Assembly (NCBI RefSeq): GCF_037042905.1
Contig: NC_087246.1
Location: 2,234,001 to 2,298,000 of the forward strand
Direction of reading: 5' to 3'
From: Lytechinus pictus
Taxonomy: Eukaryota
Length of the DNA stretch: 64,000 bases
Shown piece after piece: positions 14,632-25,573 of the stretch. Within the stretch, counting starts at the first letter, position 1, and every line of letters begins with the position of its first letter. A model generated the notes under the pieces. The model saw only the letters and a program-made list of their open reading frames with translations, had not been told where the DNA came from and searched no databases. The translations under genes were made by a program, and so were the position numbers.

Positions 14632-17587
14632 GAAGAAAAAAAATCACCTTGTTCACCCCCAGGACTCGAACCTGCGCCCCCGAGAACTCAAGTCAAGTGC
14701 GTTATCCATTGAGCCACGATATTCCCCATAGAGATTACACGTTCCCATAGAGATTACACGTAAGCAAATTTGAGAATTACAAATCCAATTTTGCAAGCGA
14801 AAAACGGGCATGATCCTGGCATCTGATCGAAAAATGGAGGGCACATTTCCGAAAGCTTAGAATCTCAGCTACAACGTACCAAAAGCTCAGGGATAACTAC
14901 CAAGAAAAAATGGAGATATAGCTCACGAAATAGAGGAATGTAGAATCTAGTTTTGAGAAAAAGTCATGTCCCATAGAGATTACACGTAAAATGAGGAAAA
15001 ATGACATGCCTCTTTTAATCGCAATTTTAGATCATGATGCGTTTTTCAAAATGAAAATTCATGTTAACTGACGAGAAAGAATACATTCTAAACTACAACA
15101 TGTCGAAATCTGGGCGAAAAATGATCAATATTCACGGAGTTATGATCAAATTTGCATAAATTTGATGACGTCATTTTTGAAAAAATTAAATTTTCAGTTT
15201 AGGCGCAATTTTGATGACGTCATGATCAAATTGAGGGACAATGGTGACATGAAATCAAATCTACAACTCATACTCTATCGATATATAAAAAAAAATTGGG
15301 GGTCAACGGACTATTTAAAGAGCTACAGTGAATTTTTAATAGACATGTTTTTGCCCATATATGGCCTGTAGTGAGAGCTCGCGCGCACACGTGCTGCAAA
15401 GTTTAACGGGTGATAATTTCGTTATTACTTGTCGTAGAAGGTTGATCAAGGTATCAAATCGTTCAGAATTATATTATCGGTGCATTGATATAAAAAAAAA
15501 TGGCGATTCTATGTTGGAAGATGCAATTACGCGCGAAAACGCGCGCGCATGTGCGCGCGCGCGTTTTTTTGCAAAATGCTTAAAATGGCCTGAAACGTAT
15601 GGAAAATTAATTTGGAACGAATTTGAGCATTTTTAAATTTTAATGCGCGCGTACGTGCGCGTCGAGGTGTGCGCGCGGAATTTGATGAAATTTTTAGTTG
15701 ACCGTTGACCTGAAGTTGATGTATACCAAATATAGTTGATTTTTGATGACTCGTTATCGAGATATGATAATGACCTGATTTTTACAAAATGGCGCCTGGA
15801 TGACGTCACGATAACCTAGTGACCTTATAAAAGTTGATTTTACTAGAAATCATAAGGCTTAAGGACTGACAGAAATTTGAAGGAAATTGATCATGTCAAT
15901 TTCGAATGAACGTGTGTACAAAAAAGTGTACGGAAGAAATAAAAATAAACTAGATTTTAATTCGTCATGCGGACGAATTAGGTGGTCTGTCCTTATTCTC
16001 GCCATCATGATCACTATTACCATGTTCAAGCAGATCAATATGATCTTCATGATGACAACGGAATGTTCATTATGGATGGAATACTTGTGAAAGACGGGAG
16101 ATGATAAAGCACTGTGAAAAGTGTCTCTTTGATATATGAAAATACATGTGATATGAAAATAGTAATTATAATCTGTTTAATCTTGCTAAATTTTAACTTT
16201 CATACCTTTTAATTATCATAAAGGATCATGTACGAGGTGGTAAAAAGAAAAAAGAAAAAAAAATCATCTTGTTCACCCCCAGGACTCGAACCTGCGCCCC
16301 CGAGAACTCAAGTCAAGTGCGTTATCCATTGAGCCACGATATTCCCCATAGAGATTACACGTTCCTATAGAGATTACCCGGAAGCAAATTTGAGAATTAC
16401 AAATGCAATTTTGCAAGCGAAAAACGGGCAAGATCCTGGCATCTGATCGAAAAAAAAGGGTGACACTTTCGAAAGCTTAGAATCTCAGCTACATCATACC
16501 AAAAGCTCAGGGATAACTTACAAGAAAAAATGGAGATATAGCTCACGAAATAGAGGAATGTAGAATCTAGTTTTGAGAAAAAGTCATGTCCCATAGAGAT
16601 TACACGTAAAATGAGGAAAAATGACATGCCTCTTTTCATCGCAATTTTACACCATGATGCGTTTTTCAAAATGAAAATTCATGTTAACTGACGAGAAAGA
16701 GTACATTCTAAACTACATCATATCGAAATCTGGGCGAAAAATGATCAATATTCACGGAGTTATGATCAAATTTGCATAAATTTGATGACGTCATTTTTGA
16801 AAAAATGAAATTTTCAGTTTAGGCACTATTTTGATGACGTCATGATCAAATTGAGGGACAATGGTGACATGAAATCAAATCTACAACTCATACTCTATCG
16901 ATATATCAAAAAAAATTGGGGTCAATGGACTATTTAAAGAGCTACAGTGTCGAATTTTCAATAGACATGTTTTTGCCCATATATGGCCTGTAGTGAGAGC
17001 TCGCGCGCACACGTGCTGCAAACTTTAACGGGTGATAATTTCGTTATTACTTGTCGTAGAAGGTTGATCAAGGTATCAAATTGTTCAGAATTATATTATC
17101 GGTGCATTTATATAAAAAAAATTGGCGATTCTATGTTGGAAGATGCAATTACGCGCGAAAACGCGCGCGCATGTGCGTGCGCGCGTTTTTTGCAAAATGC
17201 TTAAAATGGCCTGAAACGTATGGAAAATTAATTTGGAACGAATTTGAGCATTTTAAAATTTTAATGCGCGCGTACGTGCGCGTCGAGGTGCGCGCGCGGA
17301 ATTTGATGAAATTTTTAGTTGACCGTTGACCTGAAGTTGATGTATACCAAATATGATTGATTTTTGATGACTCGTTATTGAGATATGATAATGACCTGAT
17401 TTTTACAAAATGGCGCCTGGATGACGTCACGATGACCTAATGACCTTGAAAAAGTTGATTTTACTTGAAATCATATGGCTTGATGACTGACAGAAATTTG
17501 AAGGAAATTGACCATGTCGATTTCGAGTGAACGTGTGTACAAAAAAGTGTACGGAAGAAATAAAAATAAATAAAGAATAAATAAATA

Positions 17588-18016
17588 AAGAAAGAAAATT
17601 CTAGCGAAATCAATAGGTGATCTGTCGTTGACAGACCACCTAATAAAGAATAAAAATAAATAAAGAAAGAAAATTCTGGCGAAATTAATAGGTGATCTGT
17701 CGTTGACAGACCACCTAATAAATAAAGAATAAAGAATAAATAAAGAAAGAAAATTCTAGCGAAATCAATAGGTGATCTGTCATAGACAGACCACCTAATA
17801 AATAAAGAATAAAGAAAGAAAATTCTAGCGAAATCAATAGGTGATCTGTCATAGACAGACCACCTAATAAAGAAATAAAGAATAAAGAAAGAAAATTCTG
17901 GCGAAATCAATAGGTGATCTGTCGTTGACAGACCACCTAATAAAGAATAAATAAATAAAGAAAGAAAATTCTAGCGAAATCAATAGGTGATCTGTCATAG
18001 ACAGACCACCTAATAA
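17588..18016 (-). repeat. Stack of 6 hairpin terminal modules
   Basis: Six copies of the same module (starts ~17601, 17676, 17756, 17825, 17898, 17971), loop GTT or ATA; the last abuts the ACTAG end of the next element. Confidence 0.95.
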
Positions 18017-20420
18017 ACTAGATTTTAATTCGTCATGCGGACGAATTAGGTGGTCTGTCCTTATTCTCGCCAACATGATCACTATTACCATGTTCAAGCA
18101 GATCAATATGATCTTCATGATGACAACGGAATGTTCATTATGGATGGAATACTTGTGAAAGTCGGGAGATGATAAAGAACTGTGAAAAGGGTCTCTTTCA
18201 TATATGAAAATACATGTGATATGAAAATAGTAATTATAATCTGTTTAATCTTGCTTAATTTTAACTTTCATACCTTTTAAATACCATAAAGGATCATGTA
18301 CGAGGTGGTAAAAAGAAAAAAAAAATGAAAAAAAAATCACCTTGTTCACCCCCAGGACTCGAACCTTCACCCCCGAGAACTCAAGTCAAGTGCGTTATCC
18401 ATTGAGCCACGATATTCCCCATAGAGATTACACGTTCCCATAGAGATTACATGTAAGCAAATTTGAGAATTACAAATCCAATTTTGCAAGCGAAAAACGG
18501 GCATGATCCTGGCATCTGATCGAAAAACGGAGGGCACACTGCCAAAAGCTTAGAATCTCAGCTACATCATACCAAAAGCTCAGGGATAACTAACAAGAAA
18601 AAATGGAGATATAGCTCACGAAATAGAGGAATGTAGAATCTAGTTTTGAGAAAAAGTCATGTCCCATAGAGATTACACGTAAAATGAGGAAAAATGACAT
18701 GCCTCTTTTCATCGCAATTTTACACCATGATGCGTTTTTCAAAATGAAAATTCATGTGTATTGACGAGAAAGAGTACATTCTTAACTACAACATATCGAC
18801 ATCTGGGCGAAAAATGATCAATATTCACGGAGTTATGATCAAATTTGCATAAATTTGATGACGTCATTTTTGAAAAAATGAAATTTTCAGTTTAGGCGCA
18901 ATTTTGATGACGTCATGATCGAATTGAGAGACAATGGTGACATTAAATCGAATCTACAACTCATACTCTATCGATATATGAAAAAAAAATTGGGGGTCAA
19001 CGGACTATTTAAAGAACTACAGTGAATTTTCAATAGGCATGTTTTTGCCCATATATGGCCTATAGTAAGAGCTCGCGCGCACACGTGCTGCAAACTTTAA
19101 CGGGTGTTAATTTCGTTATTAATGGTCGTAGAAGGTTGATCAAGGTATCAAATTGCTCAGAATTATATTATCAATGCAATGATATAAAAAACGGCGTTTC
19201 TGCGTTGCGTTGAAGGCGTTACGCGCGGAAACGCGCGCGCATACCTGTGCGTGCGCAAATTTTTGAAATGCTTAAAATGACCTGAAACGTACTTTACTTT
19301 GGTCAAAAAGGGATTTTGAGCAATTTAAAATTTTGACGCGCGCGTCGTGACCTCCAGGTGACTTTTGATGACATGACCTGTTGACCCTTGACCTGAAGTT
19401 GATGTGATGTTAATTTGATTGATTTTTGATAATTGATAATGGAGATATGATCGACAATGTGATTTCACAAAATGGCGCCTGGATGACGTCACGATGACCT
19501 GATGACCTTGAAAAAGTTGATTTTACTTGAAATCATAGGGCTAGATGACTGACAGAAATTTGAAGGAAATTGACCATGTCGATTTTGAGTGAACGTGTGT
19601 ATAAAAAAGTGTACGGAAGAAATAAAAATAAATAAATAAAGAATAAAGAATAAAGAAAGAAAATTCTAGCGAAATCAAGAGGTGATCTGTCAAAGACAGA
19701 CCACCTAATGAGTTCGTTATCAATCATCGATTAATCAATCAAATGATCAATTGATTATTGCTCAATCAAATAATCATTCTATCAACCAATCAATTAATCA
19801 ATTTATCTATCAATCAATCAATAAGAATGACAACGATTTGGTCCATATTGGACTGTCATTCTTAGTAAAGAATATAATGGAATTTTAGTTGCAAGTAGAA
19901 TATAATGGATAGAGAAAGGAGAAAAGCGAAAAAGAGGGGGAGATAGAGAGGGGCGGGGGAGAAGGGGAATATTGCTGCTGGTTTTGTCGTTTTTACCCTC
20001 TTTGCTTAAAGAAAGAATGGTATCCACATAAAGTATTTGGAAATAATTGGATTGAAAAGAAAGTCATCATTCACTCGGAGACAAGCATGACAGGTGAGGG
20101 CTGTAGATATAGTATAATGTGGATGGCAAAAGAAAAGATAGTGAGATAACTAGAATAAACAGAGACAAACGGACATAAGGAAGGGAATGTGAAAAAAGTG
20201 GAAGAGTGACAAAGAGCATGAAAGAAGAGAAATGCGTAGAAAAAGATCATGAGATGAATGGAATGACGATCAGCATAGTCTCCAATGAAAACATTCAAGA
20301 TCATAAAAAGTGATACTAAATTAATAGATATCAATACAGTGCATCATGATCTAGTTTTAAGAAACTGGTCAGAATGGGGCCCAGGTTAGTTCGAGAATTC
20401 AGCGAAGATGCCCTATTACA

Positions 20421-20620
20421 CACTAAAAATGTTGGGCAACATACTGTCCATTATGTTTGGTAAAGTATGTTGGAAAAAAAATACAAATATATACTAGATA
20501 TATATTCCAGAGCAAATTTAATACCCAATTTGAAAAGATTGTAACCAATACTTATGTGGACAGTATGTTGCCCACTGATGGTTAAATATTGGGCCTTTTT
20601 GTCCAACCTTTTTAAGAATG
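20421..20620. mobile_element. Degenerate MITE with CACT-like terminus
   Basis: Starts CACTAAAAATGTTGG, ends CCAACCTTTTTAAGAATG; internal inverted pair TGGGCAACATACTGTCCA / TGGACAGTATGTTGCCCA. Confidence 0.55.
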
Positions 20621-21104
20621 TACACGATCAGCAACACTCCATTTTGTGATCTTGAAAAAAACAACGGAGCGTTGATCTTCGCTCAGTTCGCCTTAATTTG
20701 CCTATTTGAAAATGATGATTATAGACTTGAAATATCAATATCCAGTTCAGAATGTATTTCCGCCTACGTTCTGAATCAATTTACTGCTTACCAGTTATGT
20801 TCAAATGTTATGTGCTTTTTACCACTGTTATGTGCTAAATCGTGTACCTATTACATGCCATCTGTTGCATTTTTAGTCTATTCAGACGACATTTTATAAT
20901 ACTCATGCTTGTTATTCACGCCTCATTCTCCACAATAGGTTGACACCGCTTCATCCTTTGAAATTACCTCTTTTCATGACATTTCTATGCTTGAATGTGG
21001 CTGAATTAACAATTAATTTCGTGTTTGAAATTATGGGAATTTCCAAGTCAAACATGTCGCAATACCTGTTAACCCAGGATTTATGTTCACATGAATATAA
21101 TTAC

Positions 21105-21352
21105 AATAATAATAGCTGGCTTTGTAAAGCACTTTTTGCCTGAGGGTACAAAGCACCGCTATTATTACCCCGGCTTTAGCTGTGTTGCCAGAGGGAGTTT
21201 CTTCCTACCGGGTACCCATTCGCCTCACCTGGAATGAGTGCAGCACAATGTAAATTTATTGATGAAGGAAAAACACGCCATGGCTGAAAATAGAATCCAT
21301 GTCCATCAGACCGAGAACCGAGAGTCATTACAATTAGACTACGAAGCACCCA
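21105..21352 (-). mobile_element. Degenerate tRNA-derived SINE
   Basis: Minus strand: decayed tRNA-like head, central CCAGGTGAGGCGAATGGGTACC motif shared with the SINE at 50.7 kb, tail ending AAGTGCTTTACAAAGCCAGCTATTATT. Confidence 0.6.
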
Positions 21353-21569
21353 CAATACACTAACGTTACTAACATGATGATAAATAATTGTTCAGTCACT
21401 GAGTTTTTCTTTTAACTTGATCTCATGAAGATCGCTTGTTCTGTTTCTCAATAGAATCTTACTCTTTGGGGGTTTTCCATTCTATCCTTGGCTCAACTAA
21501 CTTCACACTTTACATGTTTGTACATTGCATTTAAATGCTTGTAGTGCGTTTATCACCACCATATGGTAC

Positions 21570-22552
21570 CAGAGGCGTCGATCCGGGGGGGGGGGGGCAG
21601 GGAGGAGGGCGATCGCCCCACCAATGAAAATATTGGGCGAGGGGGGCAAACATATCGTTTTGCCCCCCAAAAAATTCCGCATGTGCAAAAATAAAATAAG
21701 ATTGTAATGTTACACAAAAATCAGCAAGCGAGATAGAGATACACAACTCATTCTTTATTTAAAATCATGCTCAAAATGTCCGCTTTTCAGATTGAAATAT
21801 AAAGAATTTTCAGCTCGCGCTTCGCGCTCGCATCATTTCTGTAGCGAAAACCCATACTTTTCATTATCAAATTGGTAAATAGAATGTCCCGTTTTCAGTT
21901 CTAAACGTCAAAAGAACTCCCGATTCGATTTGCAATAATCTTTTGTTAGATATATATCCTATTCTTTATTTAAAACGTCCATTAAACTGTCAATTTTTTT
22001 CAGATCGAAATATCAAAATTTTCAGCTCGCGCTTCACGCTCGCATCATTTCTGTAGCGAAAACCCATACTTTTCATGATTAAATACGTGAATAGAATGTC
22101 CCGTTTTTCAGTTCTAAACGTCAAAAGAACTCCCGATTCGATTTGCAATAATCTTTTGTTGGATATATATCTTATTCTTTATTAAAAACGTCCATTAAAC
22201 TGTCGATTTTTTTCAGATCGAAACATCAAAATGTTCAGCTCGCGCTTCGCGCTCGCATCTATTTTTTAATCATTGGTACCAAAAATGATTAGAATGACAA
22301 GCTTTCAGGTCAGAAAATAAAGAAATTTCAGCTCGCTCTCGGCACTTGCATTATCTTTGTAGTGAGATATGTATCCACCTCATGAGTTACTACAAACAAT
22401 CTTAAACAGGTACTTTTTTTCATGTTTTCAGTTTAGTTTAGCAAAACATTTCAGCTCCCGCTTCGCGCTCGCATTAATTTGTTGGTGAGATATGTGTCTT
22501 TTTCTCATGAGTCATATATATATATATATATATATGTGTGTTGTGTGTATGG

Positions 22553-22583
<31 letters not shown>

Positions 22584-22691
22584 GGCCTATGTGTTTGGGG
22601 GGGTGAGTTTGTTTGTTTGTGTGATCGAGCGCCTTCGGAACGTTGAGTCATAATTTTGCCCCCCAATCTGAAAAATGGATCGACGCCCCTG
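21570..22691. mobile_element. Non-autonomous hAT-like DNA transposon
   Basis: 15-bp TIRs CAGAGGCGTCGATCC / GGATCGACGCCCCTG (1 mismatch); perfect 8-bp TSD TATGGTAC (21562-21569, 22692-22699); internal ~200-bp tandem duplication and TA/TG microsatellite. Confidence 0.9.
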
Positions 22692-23617
22692 TATGGTACG
22701 CATTTTCCATAAATTCTGTGGTAACCGCTTTTGCATTGTATACCAATTTATGCATCATATTTTAAACCCAGATGCTCTTCAAGTGGAATATGCCTGCATT
22801 GCATAATTCACTATTTCGCTTCACTTATCAGATTGTGAATTTATTTTTACTTTGTAATCTTTGTATCAGTCTTCCGACTGTTTTATATTTATAACAGTAA
22901 AAAAAAATCAAATGAAACGCTTATAATAAGGAAATATAAATGTACAATCGCTGATGTGGTTTACGGTACACCATGTGAAGTGTTATAGAAACAGTGGATA
23001 GAAGAAGAGAAGAAATGGATAGGCGAGAAAGTGGAGATTTGAGAGTAGAGTATTCTTTCTTGAAAGTAGTCCTGAAAAGAACTGTAAGCCAGGAAAGATT
23101 GATGAGTTGAGAACAGCTTGAGTAGTAGAGCTAATGAGCAGATGCTGGCTTGAGTCGGCGAGTAGAGATGATGAGTAGGAGAGACTCGAGAGAAGGGAAA
23201 TAAAAAGGAACGGAAAAAGATGAAATATCATATTGTTTCCTTGATAATATGTCCAATTATATAACAAAATTCGTTTTGTGTATAAAGAAAAGTTCAAAAG
23301 GACGATCCAATATAGAAGATCAAAGGAAAATTATTTTTGAAAAATAGGCGGAATGAGAAGAAGAATAAAAGAACACAAAATAAAATGAAAATATAACTAT
23401 TGCGATGATGAAAAGTGTTTAAAAGGGTACAATATGTTAGGAAATTTTACACGATTACAGGTTATTTTGAACGGATGTCAACTACGAATTCAAAGACAAT
23501 TTATCTCAGGGATTATAAAAAAGGGCATATCACAGCTCGACGGAAATATTTTAAAACACTCATACTTCATACTTATCAATTAAGGCTACAATATAGTTTT
23601 ATTATGTTTTATTAGGT

Positions 23618-24903
23618 AGCGAAAAACGGGCATGATCCTGGCATCTGATCGAAAAACGGAGGGCACACTGCCAAAAGCTTAGAATCTCAGCTACATCATA
23701 CCAAAAGCTCAGGGATAACTAACAAGAAAAAATGGAGATATAGCTCACGAAATAGAGGAATGTAGAATCTAGTTTTGAGAAAAAGTCATGTCCCATAGAG
23801 ATTACACGTAAAATGAGGAAAAATGACATGCCTCTTTTCATCGCAATTTTACACCATGATGCGTTTTTCAAAATGAAAATTCATGTTTATTGACGAGAAA
23901 GAGTACATTCTTAACTACAATATATCGAAATCTGGGCGAAAAATGATCAATATTCACCGAGTTATGATCAAATTTGCATAAATTTGATGACGTCATTTTT
24001 GAAAAAATGAAATTTTCAGTTTAGGCGCAATTTTGATGACGTCATGATCGAATTGAGAGACAATGGTGACATTAAATCGAATCTACAACTCATACTCTAT
24101 CGATATATGAAAAAAAAATTGGGGGTCAACGGACTATTTAAAGAACTACAGTGAATTTTCAATAGGCATGTTTTTGCCCATATATGGCCTATAGTAAGAG
24201 CTCGCGCGCACACGTGCTGTAAACTTTAACGGGTGTTAATTTCGTTATTAATGGTCGTAGAAGGTTGATCAAGGTATCAAATTGCTCAGAATTATATTAT
24301 CAATGCAATGATATAAAAAACGGCGTTTCTGCGTTGCGTTGAAGGCGTTACGCGCGGAAACGCGCGCGCATACCTGTGCGTGCGCAAATTTTTGAAATGC
24401 TTAAAATGACCTGAAACGTACTTTACTTTGGTCAAAAAGGGATTTTGAGCAATTTAAAATTTTGACGCGCGCGTCGTGACCTCCAGGTGACTTTTGATGA
24501 CATGACCTGTTGACCCTTGACCTGAAGTTGATGTGATGTTAATTTGATTGATTTTTGATAATTGATAATGGAGATATGATCGACAATGTGATTTCACAAA
24601 ATGGCGCCTGGATGACGTCACGATGACCTGATGACCTTGAAAAAGTTGATTTTACTTGAAATCATAGGGCTAGATGACTGACAGAAATTTGAAGGAAATT
24701 GACCATGTCGATTTTGAGTGAACGTGTGTATAAAAAAGTGTACGGAAGAAATAAAAATAAATAAATAAAGAATAAAGAATAAAGAAAGAAAATTCTAGCG
24801 AAATCAAGAGGTGATCTGTCAAAGACAGACCACCTAATAAAGAATAAAGAAAGAAAATTCTGGCGAAATCAATAGGTGATCTGTCATAGACAGACCACCT
24901 AAT
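23618..24903 (-). mobile_element. Detached, truncated copy of the array element with two terminal hairpin modules
   Basis: 23618-24838 is colinear with 18489-19709 and shares its private variants; an extra terminal module follows at 24841-24903. Confidence 0.9.
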
Positions 24904-25504
24904 AATGATAATAATAATAGTAATAAGATCAAAACCAACGAACATTTTAGTATGTAAAAAAATATGCCTACAAAATCAAACGCCGATCAAAAAAAAAATT
25001 TAATAGCGATTACGAAAAAAAATACATAAACAGATATTCATCAAAAAATCCGACTCAAATGGTGGAAAAATAATTAAATTTGGGGCATTTTATTTGACAG
25101 CCTCAAAGTGCAGCCTTTCTCATCAAAATCCCTGAATCATGTGCAAAGTGAATGGGTGCGCAGACATGGGGAACCATTTTTTTTCAATCTGAAAATGACT
25201 GCCCGAGGTTTTTTTCCAAGAAAATCCTATATTTCTTTCAAATTTTTATGAGATATTTGGTACACTTACTCATAATAATATAAGGAACGCCATTATCTGA
25301 AAGATTTTGTAAAACAAAAATAAATTCATGTTAAATCTTAACTCAAATTGTTAGGTGCGCAGACTTTGGGACCACCATCATAAGGCTCAACAATAACATA
25401 TTTACAAATTGTGATTTAACCACCACTTTCTGAATCTCAATGAGTCAGAAAGAAGAGGATCGAGGGTATTTGAATTCAATAAATTAATCGTGACTTAGCT
25501 GTGA

Positions 25505-25573
25505 ACCAGAATAGCCTGGTGGTTAAGTCGTTGCCCGGAAAGCGGTGGATGGCAGGTTCGAATCCCACTGGCA
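25505..25573 (+). other. tRNA-like SINE head / tRNA pseudogene fragment
   Basis: A box TAGCCTGGTGG (~25512), B box GGTTCGAATCC (25555-25565), T run at ~25587; stems do not pair. Confidence 0.55.

Larger units (their letters stand above)
6386..19709 (-). mobile_element. Array of diverged, nested/concatenated copies of a ~1.7-kb non-autonomous Helentron/HINE-like element
   Basis: One end (plus-strand reading) is ACTAG-ATTTT + hairpin AATTCGTC-atgcg-GACGAATT + subterminal repeat TAGGTGGTCTGTC (7937, 9541, ~11182, 12791, ~15948, ~18017). The other end is an AATAAAG-type microsatellite + hairpin TAGGTGATCTGTC-nnn-GACAGACCACCTA containing the complementary subterminal repeat. No TSD, no coding capacity. 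Confidence 0.75.

Noticed and set aside
17588..18016. CRISPR-like array of palindromic repeats
   Set aside because: The 'spacers' are only AATAAAG microsatellite, the repeat is the transposon terminus, there are no cas genes and the context is eukaryotic
1..19709. rDNA, 5S, snRNA or histone gene tandem cluster
   Set aside because: No recognisable rRNA, snRNA or histone sequence in the unit
183..19727. Recurrent 60-150 aa ORFs in the array
   Set aside because: No recognisable domains; frames are broken by indels between copies; they recur only because the DNA is repeated
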